Source: Thalassotalea sp. (GTDB lineage Bacteria > Pseudomonadota > Gammaproteobacteria > Enterobacterales > Alteromonadaceae). Taken from it: a stretch of 46,627 nt of DNA. Within the stretch, counting starts at the first letter, position 1; each line of letters starts with the position of its first letter. The DNA lies in contig JAQWHO010000178.1 in the NCBI GenBank assembly GCA_029249355.1, forward strand, positions 1-46,627. The letters run 5' to 3'. The notes beneath the pieces are model-generated. The model made no database searches. It was not told the origin of the DNA and saw nothing but the letters and a program-made list of their open reading frames with translations. Of the stretch, positions 20,387-29,745 are shown piece after piece. Made by a program: the position numbers and the translations under genes.

Positions 20387-21307
20387 TTATTCTTCTAAAT
20401 AATCAGTCGTTTTAACTGAGAATTCAGCTAATAAGTCATTAATAAAACGGTTTATTTCACCAGCCATTAATGCAAAGTCAGCATCAAGTCGAGCAATAAT
20501 ATCATCTTTATCAATGTCTTCATTTTGCTCATGAATCACATCAAAAAACTTAAGACGCTTTATGGCTAGGTCATCACATAAAATACAAGACAGTGCTTCG
20601 TCCCACTCTAAAGCCAGTTTAACCACAAACTTTTCAGCATCTAAGTGTACTTTGATTTCATCGCTATCTAAATCTTGATTTTTTACACGAACAACAGCTC
20701 CGTCATCGCCTAGGCCATGAAATTCAGCTTCCATACCTAGCTGAAAGTTTTCGCCAATATTTTTTTCAACCAACCAATCAGTCATTAGCTCATCAGGGGC
20801 TTTTTCTGGTGAAACACTGGTGACCGGAAGTGTGCCTAATACTTTTCTAAGTAAAGCTAAAAAGTCTTCAGCTTTGTTTCTGCTACTGGTATTAATAACG
20901 ATAATATTATGTTCAGGATTAATATAAGCGTGGGTATCAGAAATCTTAGAAAAAGCACGGGGTAATAATTCAAAAATAATATCTTCTTTAAATTGTTCTT
21001 TCTCTTTTTTAGTTGCGCCACGTGATTGCTCTTCTTCTAATTGAGCCACTTTTTTATCAATCATGTCTTTAATAACGGGAGCAGGTAATATTTTCTCTTC
21101 TTTTCGTGCGCATAATAAATGATTGCCATTCACTGAGTGAACAGTACTACTACCATTTTTACCTAACGCATTGACCCAGCCAAAATGAGACATTTCGGTT
21201 GAACCACATGGTGTAAATAAATGTTCACCAAGATGTTTTTCTAGATCTTGTTCTGACCATTCAAACGGACGGGTAAAAGCGAAAAAATAGAGATTTTTGA
21301 ACCACAT
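20387..21307 (-). CDS. rdgC: Recombination-associated protein RdgC
   Basis: MWFKNL, FTPCGS, EEKILPAPVI, LLPRAFS, LRKVLGTLPV, DADFALMAGE. Confidence 0.95.
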   Translation of the reverse strand: MWFKNLYFFAFTRPFEWSEQDLEKHLGEHLFTPCGSTEMSHFGWVNALGKNGSSTVHSVNGNHLLCARKEEKILPAPVIKDMIDKKVAQLEEEQSRGATKKEKEQFKEDIIFELLPRAFSKISDTHAYINPEHNIIVINTSSRNKAEDFLALLRKVLGTLPVTSVSPEKAPDELMTDWLVEKNIGENFQLGMEAEFHGLGDDGAVVRVKNQDLDSDEIKVHLDAEKFVVKLALEWDEALSCILCDDLAIKRLKFFDVIHEQNEDIDKDDIIARLDADFALMAGEINRFINDLLAEFSVKTTDYLEE

Positions 21308-21413
21308 TAAAGCTATCCTTCGGCCATTTTCAGGCCTGAAAACAAAAAGGAAGCTATCTTAACTTAATTCATTTAATGAGTCATACATTAAGTGGTGTGC
21401 GAGAAGTATTAGC

Positions 21414-23153
21414 TTAACGCATATCATTAAACGTGATTAAGTAGCTTAATCCTTGGTTTTCTTCAGAGCTCGCAACAATTGAGCCGTTTAATGTATCGGT
21501 GACTAGGCTGTGGACAATATGAGTACCTAAACCAGTACCGCCTTTGCCTGACTTTGTCGTAAAGAAAGGTTCAAATAATGATGATAATGATTCTTTGGGA
21601 ATACCTAAACCATTATCCTCATAAGTTATTTGTACTTCGTCATTGTGCATTTCAACTTTAATATTAATTTTCCCACGGTTAATGCCTTCAAAACCATGAA
21701 TAATTGAATTAATAATTAAGTTCGTGAAAATCTGTGAAATAGCACCCGCATGACAATAAATTTCGATACTGTTTGAACAATCAATATTTATAGAATGGTT
21801 CGTTTTTTTAAGCTTAGGGTGTAATGATTGGATTATTTCATCAATATATTTTGCCAGGTTGATATGGCGAATTTTGTCGCTTGTTTGATCAACAGCAACT
21901 TGTTTATAACTACTAATAAGATCGGATGCTCGATTTAAGTTATTCATTAATAACTCAACACTTTGATTGGCATTCTGCCTAAATTCATCGAGCCCGCGTT
22001 TACTTAATTTATTGGTGTCAATATCACCATTTAGTTTTGTGAGTATATCAGATAAGTAGCTGGTAGATGTAATGCTGACACCAATAGGTGTATTTATTTC
22101 ATGGGTGATTTCTGCAGATAAGGCACCTAGAATAGCCATCTTTTCTGCGTTTAATAGTCTTTCTTGTGCTTTTTTAAGTTCATTAATTGAACTTTTAAGC
22201 TCATCATTGGTATTGGTTAATGTTTTTTCGGTTTGGCTTCTACGACTGTTTTCTGCTTGAAGTTGGCTTTGTTGTGTTAGCAACTCTCTTTGTTGCATTT
22301 CCATTTTTAACATGGTGGTACTAAGAGACGAGGTTTTCTTAGCAACTTCTTGTTCAAGCATTAAGTTTTGCTCATCAAGCTTGTTATTTGAGGCGATAAT
22401 TTCACTTTGCGCTGTGGCCAATTCTTCTTTATACCGCGTTAGTTCTGACAGTAAATTATTGTAGGCGTTTTGCAGAATACTGAGTTCATTTCTTTCATAA
22501 TTGACAACATGAAGTTTTGACGCTTCGGGGTCATCAATATCAAACTGGTTGATTTGCTCGGTTAATTCATTCAGAGGGTTCGTTAATAATTGCGAGAATG
22601 CTATCGAAAATAAAAACACTAATGCCGCTGTTTTTACCATCGCGTTGCCAATGAGGAAATATATACCTACTTCAATACGATCAAAAATAACTTGGTTACT
22701 TGATAATAAAGTGACTGTTCCTACTTTAGTGGTACGGCCTGAAAATTCAAAAATTAAAGGAAAGCTGTAACCAAATAACCCTTCAGAGAGTGAACTGATA
22801 TTAAAATAGCTTTTGTCCTTACTGTCTAATTTTATGTCGCCGTCTTGAGTTCTATTTTCACCAAGTTGAGTGATAACTTGATTATTTTCATCGGTAACTT
22901 TTATCCCTTTAATCATAGGGATAGCAACAAGTCCTTCAGCAATATCTATTGCTTGCTGTGTATTTAATTCCCATACGGCGCGAGTTAAACTACTACTAAA
23001 GGTTTTTTCTAAGGTGAGTAATTCGCTATTGATATGGCTTTTGGTATTTATGTATTCAGCACCAATTTGTACGCAAGTTACGAGGAAAGTTAAGACAAAA
23101 TAAAATGACAGAACACGAGTTAAAAGCTTTCGAGAAATGCTAGTTACTTTCAT
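21414..23153 (-). CDS. Orphan membrane sensor histidine kinase (periplasmic sensor, HAMP, coiled coil, HisKA, HATPase)
   Basis: Two TMs; EITHEINTPIG (H box), QIFTNLIINS (N), EDNGLGI (G1), FEPFFTTK (F), GGTGLG (G2). Confidence 0.92.
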   Translation of the reverse strand: MKVTSISRKLLTRVLSFYFVLTFLVTCVQIGAEYINTKSHINSELLTLEKTFSSSLTRAVWELNTQQAIDIAEGLVAIPMIKGIKVTDENNQVITQLGENRTQDGDIKLDSKDKSYFNISSLSEGLFGYSFPLIFEFSGRTTKVGTVTLLSSNQVIFDRIEVGIYFLIGNAMVKTAALVFLFSIAFSQLLTNPLNELTEQINQFDIDDPEASKLHVVNYERNELSILQNAYNNLLSELTRYKEELATAQSEIIASNNKLDEQNLMLEQEVAKKTSSLSTTMLKMEMQQRELLTQQSQLQAENSRRSQTEKTLTNTNDELKSSINELKKAQERLLNAEKMAILGALSAEITHEINTPIGVSITSTSYLSDILTKLNGDIDTNKLSKRGLDEFRQNANQSVELLMNNLNRASDLISSYKQVAVDQTSDKIRHINLAKYIDEIIQSLHPKLKKTNHSINIDCSNSIEIYCHAGAISQIFTNLIINSIIHGFEGINRGKINIKVEMHNDEVQITYEDNGLGIPKESLSSLFEPFFTTKSGKGGTGLGTHIVHSLVTDTLNGSIVASSEENQGLSYLITFNDMR

Positions 23154-23307
23154 TTTATTTTCTTTAAGTGCGCAATTGATAATTTGATAATAGCGCTTTT
23201 AAATCACGATTAAAGTGTTTTTTTCTATTTTTACCATAAATATTCACAAAAAGACTTAGTTTTCCACACTATAGACTATACTTTTTTACAAATATAAATG
23301 GACTGCG

Positions 23308-23336
23308 TTGTCATAAAAGTGAAACAGTAAAGACAT
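23308..23336 (+). promoter_or_regulatory. Distal Pho-box-like array upstream of the porin
   Basis: TTGTCAT-AAAA-GTGAAAC-AGTA-AAGACAT, 11-bp period. Confidence 0.5.
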
Positions 23337-23380
23337 AAAAAAATCTTTTTTTTTCATTTTTTTGTAAAAAAAAATACACA

Positions 23381-23414
23381 TTGTCACAAAAGTGTCATCT
23401 TTTGTCGGCACAAT
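23381..23414 (+). promoter_or_regulatory. Pho box and -10 of the porin promoter
   Basis: TTGTCAC-AAAA-GTGTCAT (23381-23398), 10 bp, CACAAT (23409-23414). Confidence 0.85.
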
Positions 23415-23456
23415 GTGCGGTAAATAAATACAAAACAAACTTTAAAGGGTTTATAC

Positions 23457-24383
23457 ATGAAACTTTCATATAGCACTCTGGCTACAGCATTATTAGCCAC
23501 AATATCTGTGTCGTCATTTGCTGCCGATGTAACTATTTATGGTAAAGCAAATGTTTCAGTTCAATCTTCTGACGAAGGCGAAGGTTCTTTTACAGAAATT
23601 AAAAGTAATGCCTCACGCATTGGCTTTAAAGGTACTCATGAATTATCAGATGGCTTATCTGTCGTTTACAAAGCTGAATTTCAAGTAGATTTAGATGGTG
23701 ATTCAGCAAAAGGTGACAGCATTACTGACCGTAATCAGTATGTAGGTTTAAAAGGCAATTTTGGTGAAGTATTGCTAGGTAATAATGATACTGTATTAAA
23801 GCAGTCTCAAGGAAAAGTAGATTTATTTAGCGATTTAAATGGTGATATTAAAAGCTTATGGAAAGGTGAAAACCGTATGGCTGATACTATTACTTTTAAA
23901 TCTAAAAAATTCAACCAATTTCAGTTTGGTATGACGTATGTTGCTGAAGATAGTGTTGATGGTGAAGATGCTACCTCTCTTGCGGTAACTTATGGTGATG
24001 CCGAGCTTAAGAAATCTAAATTTTATGCGGCAGTTGCGATTGATTCAGAAATGAAAGGCTACGATGTTACCCGTGCAACATTTCAAGGTAAGTTAGCAGG
24101 TTTCACTTTAGGTGCTATGTTACAAACTCAAGAAGAAGTATCGTCTGGAAAAGAAATGGATGGTTTCCTTGCTTCTGCAAAATACTCAATCGACAACTGG
24201 TCTTTAAAAGCACAAATGCAAACCGCCAATTTCGATGGTGGTGATGATAAGTCAGGCGTAACGGTTGGTGCAGATTATAAACTTGCTAAAAATACAAAGT
24301 TGTATGGTTTCTACACGACATTTGACATGGACAGTGGTGCTGATGAAGATTATTTAGCAGCAGGTATTGAATATAAATTTTAA
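23457..24383 (+). CDS. Gram-negative trimeric porin, predicted phosphate-starvation induced
   Basis: Signal peptide; VTIYGKANVS, SNASRIGFKG, RNQYVGLKGNFGEV; C-terminal GIEYKF; upstream Pho box. Confidence 0.92.
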   Translation: MKLSYSTLATALLATISVSSFAADVTIYGKANVSVQSSDEGEGSFTEIKSNASRIGFKGTHELSDGLSVVYKAEFQVDLDGDSAKGDSITDRNQYVGLKGNFGEVLLGNNDTVLKQSQGKVDLFSDLNGDIKSLWKGENRMADTITFKSKKFNQFQFGMTYVAEDSVDGEDATSLAVTYGDAELKKSKFYAAVAIDSEMKGYDVTRATFQGKLAGFTLGAMLQTQEEVSSGKEMDGFLASAKYSIDNWSLKAQMQTANFDGGDDKSGVTVGADYKLAKNTKLYGFYTTFDMDSGADEDYLAAGIEYKF

Positions 24384-24406
24384 TACAGAGCTATAAACGG
24401 CATAAT

Positions 24407-24431
24407 AAAAGCGACTTTGAGTCGCTTTTTT
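24407..24431 (+). terminator. Terminator after porin
   Basis: AAAAGCGACT-TTG-AGTCGCTTTTTT. Confidence 0.88.
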
Positions 24432-24478
24432 CTTGTCTAAAGTAACTTGTTCGTGAATGATGAGCTAAAATTTAGTAT

Positions 24479-24512
24479 GTGTAATATAATTGTCACAAAA
24501 ACTTATCACAAT
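24479..24512 (+). promoter_or_regulatory. Pho box and -10 of phoBR (autoregulation)
   Basis: GTGTAAT-ATAA-TTGTCAC (24479-24496), 10 bp, CACAAT (24507-24512). Confidence 0.85.
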
Positions 24513-24554
24513 GTTCATTAGAAGTTGTCAATTGACTAGCAGGAAATTTTTTAC

Positions 24555-25256
24555 ATGAACAGACAGATTTTAGTTGTTGAAGATGAAACACCGATCAGGG
24601 AAATGATCACCTTTGTGTTGGAACAAAATGGTTTTAATACTATTGAAGCTGAAGATTATGAAGAAGCTAAGTCAAAAATAGTTGAGCCTTACCCCGACCT
24701 AATTTTACTTGATTGGATGCTTCCTGGTGGCACCGGTGTTAAGTTAGCAAAAACATTAAAGCAAAATGAATATACTCGTTCAATTCCTATTATCATGCTT
24801 ACTGCACGCGCTGATGAAGATGATAAAGTAAAAGGTTTTGATGTTGGGGTTGATGATTATGTGACTAAACCATTTTCACCGAAAGAATTAATCGCTCGAA
24901 TTAAGGCTGTTATTCGTCGCGTTTCACCAACAGCGCTTGAAGAAGCCATTGAGTTTCATGGTATGAAGCTTGATCCTGTCGCTCATCGTGTTTCTATTAA
25001 TGAAAGAGCTTTAGATTTAGGTCCTACAGAATTTAGACTCCTACATTTTTTTATGACTCATACAGAAAGGGTTTATAGTCGCGAACAATTATTAGATAAT
25101 GTTTGGGGCACAAATGTTTATGTTGAAGACAGAACGGTAGATGTTCACATTAGACGATTACGAAAAGCTATTGCCGGTGAAGGTCATGAAGACTTTATTC
25201 AAACTGTTCGTGGCTCGGGTTATCGTTTCTCTGGCAAAATAAAAATGAGTATCTAA
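24555..25256 (+). CDS. phoB: Phosphate regulon response regulator PhoB
   Basis: [65 protein letters not shown]. Confidence 0.97.
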   Translation: MNRQILVVEDETPIREMITFVLEQNGFNTIEAEDYEEAKSKIVEPYPDLILLDWMLPGGTGVKLAKTLKQNEYTRSIPIIMLTARADEDDKVKGFDVGVDDYVTKPFSPKELIARIKAVIRRVSPTALEEAIEFHGMKLDPVAHRVSINERALDLGPTEFRLLHFFMTHTERVYSREQLLDNVWGTNVYVEDRTVDVHIRRLRKAIAGEGHEDFIQTVRGSGYRFSGKIKMSI

Positions 25257-25267
25257 AGTTCGAATAT

Positions 25268-26572
25268 ATGTTTTTTCGTTTATCTGCAAGAACCATAATT
25301 AGCCGCTTAATCGTTATTTTAGCATTAAGTGCTGCTGTTGGCTTTTTAGTCGGCAATACTTTTTTATTTGTTGCGCTTAGCGCGGTAACTATTTTAGTTT
25401 GGCATTATCATCATTTATTTAAATTAATAACATGGTTGTGGCGCAGTAAAGCGATATCCCCTCCTGAATCTGAAGGTGTGTGGGGTAGAATATATGATGG
25501 TCTTTATCATCAAACAAAAAAACATCGTAAAAAGCAAAAAGTATTAAATGCAAAAATTCGTCAATTTAGAGATGGGGCTGAAGCATTACCCGACGCTGCG
25601 CTTGTTTTATCTGACGAGCTCATCATTGAATGGGGAAATAAAAAGGCGCAACGCCTTTTAGGTATTCGCTGGCCGGGTGATATTGGTCAACGCATTGATA
25701 ACTTATTACGTTTTCCCGAATTTAGTCAGTACCTTGAAGATGCGAATTTTGAATCACCTTGTCATATCCCTTCACCAATAAACGGCGAAGTTATATTAGA
25801 GTTAAGGTTGATGGCTTATGGGACAGAACAAGTCTTATTTCTTGCTAGAGATGTTAGTAAAGTTCATCGACTTGAAGAAATGCGTCGCGATTTTGTGGCT
25901 AATGTTTCACATGAATTAAAAACCCCCCTTACCGTGGTGCGTGGTTATGTTGAAATGGTACAAATGACAGAGCATGCCTTAGACCCTTACTGGCAAAAAG
26001 TCTTTAATACCATGGAAACGCAAGTTTCAAGAATGGATCGCCTTGTAGAGCAACTTCTTATACTTTCTCGTGTAGAAATAAATATTGATGAAGATGATAA
26101 ACAATTAATTGATATGCCAAAGTTGATTCATGCCTTAGTTGAAGATAGTAAATGGCTCAACCAAGATAAAAACCATCAAATAACAGCCAATATTGATGAT
26201 CATCTTGCTATCGAAGGTATTGATAGCGAAATTAAAAGTGCATGCTTAAATTTAATTTCTAATGCGATAAGTTATACCCAAGAAAGCGGCAATATTCATA
26301 TTTCATGGCAAATGGATGGTAATAAAGCGAAGTTCTCTGTTAAAGATGATGGTCCAGGTATTCGTCCTGAAAATGTTAATAGAATCACTGAGCGATTCTT
26401 TCGTGTGGATAAATCGAGATCGCGTGACACAGGTGGTTCAGGTTTAGGCTTGGCGATTGTGAAACATGTGCTCAATCATCATCATGCTGAGTTATCTATT
26501 AATTCTAAGTGGGGAGCGGGAAGTGAATTTATTATTTACTTTGACCCCAAGTGTATCCGCACACTTTCTTAA
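25268..26572 (+). CDS. phoR: Phosphate regulon sensor kinase PhoR
   Basis: FRDGAEALPDA, PAS domain, RRDFVANVSHELKTPLTV, ERFFRVDKSRSRDTGGSGLGLAIVKH. Confidence 0.96.
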   Translation: MFFRLSARTIISRLIVILALSAAVGFLVGNTFLFVALSAVTILVWHYHHLFKLITWLWRSKAISPPESEGVWGRIYDGLYHQTKKHRKKQKVLNAKIRQFRDGAEALPDAALVLSDELIIEWGNKKAQRLLGIRWPGDIGQRIDNLLRFPEFSQYLEDANFESPCHIPSPINGEVILELRLMAYGTEQVLFLARDVSKVHRLEEMRRDFVANVSHELKTPLTVVRGYVEMVQMTEHALDPYWQKVFNTMETQVSRMDRLVEQLLILSRVEINIDEDDKQLIDMPKLIHALVEDSKWLNQDKNHQITANIDDHLAIEGIDSEIKSACLNLISNAISYTQESGNIHISWQMDGNKAKFSVKDDGPGIRPENVNRITERFFRVDKSRSRDTGGSGLGLAIVKHVLNHHHAELSINSKWGAGSEFIIYFDPKCIRTLS

Positions 26573-26575
26573 GCT

Positions 26576-26620
26576 TTTATTTCCTTTATTTCCTTTATTT
26601 CCTTTATTATCTTTATAACT
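26576..26620. repeat. 9-bp tandem repeat (TTTATTTCC)x3 plus two degenerate copies
   Basis: TTTATTTCC at 26576, 26585 and 26594, then TTTATTATC and TTTATAACT. Confidence 0.85.
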
Positions 26621-26733
26621 TTCTTAATCACATTTTTCTGAGAATTCACAAATTTGGGCTTAAAGCTTTTTATAAATGTGTTTTTAAAAAACGTACTCAT
26701 AATTACTTCAATTTCATGACAGTTATTTTACGG

Positions 26734-26789
26734 TTGTCACATAAGTGTCATAAACTTTAAATATAATTGTCATATTAGCTTTATATAGT
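26734..26789 (+). promoter_or_regulatory. Four-unit Pho box array and -10 of pstS
   Basis: TTGTCAC (26734), GTGTCAT (26745), TTTAAAT (26756), TTGTCAT (26767), 10 bp, TATAGT (26784). Confidence 0.9.
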
Positions 26790-26857
26790 GTTCGCAAATT
26801 AACAAGGTTATACCAATAAATAATGAATTTGGTATACAACTCTCATTGGAGAATAAT

Positions 26858-27817
26858 ATGAGTATCAAACGTGCATTAGGCATTATTGGTTTAGCAAGTA
26901 TGGTGAGCTTTTCATCAGTAGCGATAGATAAAGATTTACCTGTTTATAAAAAAGTCAGTGGTGTTTCAGGTAATGTCTCTTCAGTTGGTTCTGATACATT
27001 AGCAAACATGATGACATTTTGGGCGGAAGAGTTTAAACGTACTTATCCTAACGTGAATGTACAAATTCAAGCGGCAGGTTCTTCTACTGCTCCACCGGCA
27101 TTAACTGAAGCCACTTCAAACTTAGGGCCAATGAGTCGTAAAATGAAGTCTCGCGAAATTGAAGCCTTTGAAAAACGTTACGGTTACAAGCCTACAGCGG
27201 TTCGTGTAGCCATTGATGCCTTAGCTGTTTTTGTTCATAAAGATAACCCATTAAAAGGTTTACGCATCGATCAAGTAGATGCCATTTTTTCTAACAATCG
27301 CAAATGTGGTGCAGAAAAAGAAGTGGATCGTTGGGGTGACTTAGGACTTACTGGTGAGTGGACAGGTAAAGATATTCAATTATACGGCCGCAACTCAGTT
27401 TCAGGTACTTATGGATACTTTAAGAAAAAAGCTTTATGTAAAGGTGATTTTAAAAACAATGTAAATGAGCAACCAGGTTCTGCATCTGTTGTTCAATCAG
27501 TTTCAGCATCATTAAACGGTATTGGTTATTCTGGCATTGGTTATCAAACATCTGGTGTTCGTGCTTTACCTCTTTCAAAGAAGGGTGACAACTTTGTTGA
27601 AGCAAATATGGCGAATGCTGTTTCTAAGAAATATCCATTATCTCGCTTCTTATATGTTTATGTTAACAAGCACCCAAACAAGCCATTAGCGCCAATGGAA
27701 GCAGAATTTTTGAAAATGGTATTATCACAATCAGGTCAAAAAATTGTAGAAAAAGATGGTTATATTCCTTTACCTAACTCGGTTGTTGAAAAAGAATACA
27801 AAAAGTTAGGTTTATAA
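26858..27817 (+). CDS. pstS: Phosphate-binding periplasmic protein (PstS family)
   Basis: ATG 26858 after GGAGA; [49 protein letters not shown]. Confidence 0.95.
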   Translation: MSIKRALGIIGLASMVSFSSVAIDKDLPVYKKVSGVSGNVSSVGSDTLANMMTFWAEEFKRTYPNVNVQIQAAGSSTAPPALTEATSNLGPMSRKMKSREIEAFEKRYGYKPTAVRVAIDALAVFVHKDNPLKGLRIDQVDAIFSNNRKCGAEKEVDRWGDLGLTGEWTGKDIQLYGRNSVSGTYGYFKKKALCKGDFKNNVNEQPGSASVVQSVSASLNGIGYSGIGYQTSGVRALPLSKKGDNFVEANMANAVSKKYPLSRFLYVYVNKHPNKPLAPMEAEFLKMVLSQSGQKIVEKDGYIPLPNSVVEKEYKKLGL

Positions 27818-27859
27818 TTTAGCGCGAAATTATTTATTAATAACACTTTTTACCTTCCT

Positions 27860-27889
27860 AAAAGGTCTGACAAATGTCAGACCTTTTTT
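27860..27889 (+). terminator. Terminator after pstS
   Basis: AAAAGGTCTGACA-AA-TGTCAGACCTTTTTT. Confidence 0.92.
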
Positions 27890-27945
27890 ATTGCGAAAAT
27901 CTCTAAATTTATAATGTCTTGACTCTATATACGCTCTAAGTTTCT

Positions 27946-28023
27946 CTGTCATATTACTGTCATTCTTTAGCAACAAAAACTACATATTTCTAAAACATTT
28001 CTGTCATTTTTCATCAGTAGGAT
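27946..28023 (+). promoter_or_regulatory. Extended Pho box array and -10 of the lipoprotein-TBDT operon
   Basis: CTGTCAT-ATTA-CTGTCAT (27946-27963), three degenerate units in phase, CTGTCAT at 28001 (5x11 bp later), 10 bp, TAGGAT (28018). Confidence 0.9.
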
Positions 28024-28068
28024 AGCTACAACTTTTTTAAAAACTATTTATCTTCGGAGCAAAAAGAA

Positions 28069-29670
28069 ATGCAAATGAAATCACTATTCAAAGTAAGCGC
28101 GATCGCTTGTGCTTTAACATTAGTTGGTTGTGGTGGCGATATTCAAATTACGCCGACTGTTAACGATAACAGTACAACAACTGATAACAGTGTAAGTAAC
28201 TCAAATAACACTTCTAATGAAGGTACAACAGAGCCAGTTGAGTGTTCAAGTTATGAAACTGATGCAGGAACAGTAGAAGGTTCATTTGATGGTTTAGATT
28301 GTTTATATAATGATTCATTCGCCAGCAAAAATATTTCTATTACTGCAAACCTTACTTTTGAAGAGTTACCTGATGGCGGCATTCATGTTTTTGAAGATGC
28401 GTTACTAATTGGTGAAGATGGCCGCACTGATGAAGGGTTTGTAGTGCCGGTAAATGGTCCAACAATGACGGTAAAACCTGGCGCTACTTTAGCGTTTACG
28501 TCTGGTGAAGCGATTGTTCGTATCGCCCGTGGCGCAAAAATTCAAGCGGTAGGTACAGCTGAAAAACCAGTAACGTTTACTTCTGCATTTGCTTATGATC
28601 GTCATGATCTTGAAGGTAAAGGTGCACAGTATGCAGATTGGGGCGGAATTATCATTAATGGTAATGGCTTAACTAACCAATGTACTAATGCTCAGCGTGC
28701 TGCAGATACCTGTAACGTTGGCTCTGAAGGTATTACAAGTTACTTCGGCGGTAACGACAATGAAGACAGTAGCGGTAAAATCAAATGGGCAAAAATTTGG
28801 TACGCAGGTTCTGGTCCTCGTGTAGGTGGTGAAGGTGACGATTTAAATTCTCTTACACTAAATGCTGTTGGTTCAGGTTCTTCTTTTGATTACCTTCATA
28901 TTCACCAAGGATTTGATGACGGTATTGAATTTTTTGGTGGCGCTTCAAATATCAAGCATATTGTAGTTACAGATACTCAAGATGATGCCATTGATGTTGA
29001 TGCTGGGTGGAAGGGTAATGCACAGTTCTTATTTATTCAACACGGTACAGTAACAACACGTGACGGCGCTACTGCTTTTATGGGCAATAACGGCTTTGAA
29101 ACTGATGGTGAGAAAAATGGTGGTGATGATTACAGTGAAGTGCCAGCTTCATTCCCAACCATTGCTAACGTAACGGTTATTACAACGGATGGTGCATCGG
29201 TTCGTGATGAAGATCCTTCACAAGCGCATAAGTTTGATGATGCAATTAAAACGAATTACTACAACTCATTAGCGATTAAAACTGACTCATCGAATGGAAC
29301 AGACTGTATTGAGTTTAAATCTGATGGTTTAAAAAATGCCGCTGAAATCAAGTTCAATAATTCAGTATTAGCATGTTCAAGCGAGTTTAAAGATGCGACT
29401 CAAATGCCGGCAGAAATGTCAGTTGAGCAATGGTATGAAAACGGTGGCATTAACCAGCGAGTTGGTGGTGATGCAGACGTATTATCTGCAGATGGTTTCT
29501 CAACTAATTCAGCGTCTACGGCTATTACTATTTCTGCGAACGATTTATCAGACTTAGATTCAAGCTTTTTCGACACAGTTGATTTCATTGGTGCTGTATC
29601 AGACCAAGACACAAGTTCAGCTTGGTACAAGTGGGTAGAAGCAGCAGTAACTGCAGCTAACAACGACTAA
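28069..29670 (+). CDS. Acidic outer-membrane lipoprotein with predicted parallel beta-helix (possibly ElpS-like); function unknown
   Basis: Lipobox LVGC; S/T/N-rich linker; TVKPGATLAF, AVGTAEKPVTFTS, DWGGIII, DDGIEFFGG, DDAIDVDAGW, NNGFETDG rung-like motifs; C-terminal FIGAV. Confidence 0.75.
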   Translation: MQMKSLFKVSAIACALTLVGCGGDIQITPTVNDNSTTTDNSVSNSNNTSNEGTTEPVECSSYETDAGTVEGSFDGLDCLYNDSFASKNISITANLTFEELPDGGIHVFEDALLIGEDGRTDEGFVVPVNGPTMTVKPGATLAFTSGEAIVRIARGAKIQAVGTAEKPVTFTSAFAYDRHDLEGKGAQYADWGGIIINGNGLTNQCTNAQRAADTCNVGSEGITSYFGGNDNEDSSGKIKWAKIWYAGSGPRVGGEGDDLNSLTLNAVGSGSSFDYLHIHQGFDDGIEFFGGASNIKHIVVTDTQDDAIDVDAGWKGNAQFLFIQHGTVTTRDGATAFMGNNGFETDGEKNGGDDYSEVPASFPTIANVTVITTDGASVRDEDPSQAHKFDDAIKTNYYNSLAIKTDSSNGTDCIEFKSDGLKNAAEIKFNNSVLACSSEFKDATQMPAEMSVEQWYENGGINQRVGGDADVLSADGFSTNSASTAITISANDLSDLDSSFFDTVDFIGAVSDQDTSSAWYKWVEAAVTAANND

Positions 29671-29687
29671 TCACCCAACTGATTAAT

Positions 29688-29721
29688 AAGGCGCCACGAA
29701 ATGTATTAAAGGCGCCTTTTT
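29688..29721 (+). terminator. Intra-operon hairpin / weak terminator between lipoprotein and TBDT
   Basis: AAGGCGCC-15 nt loop-GGCGCCTTTTT. Confidence 0.55.
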
Positions 29722-29745
29722 ATTGAACTGAATTAGGAAAAAGAA

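Noticed and set aside
26551-26760. 69-aa ORF with FLYFLYFLY
   Set aside because: Artefact of translating the 9-bp tandem repeat; overlaps the pstS Pho boxes
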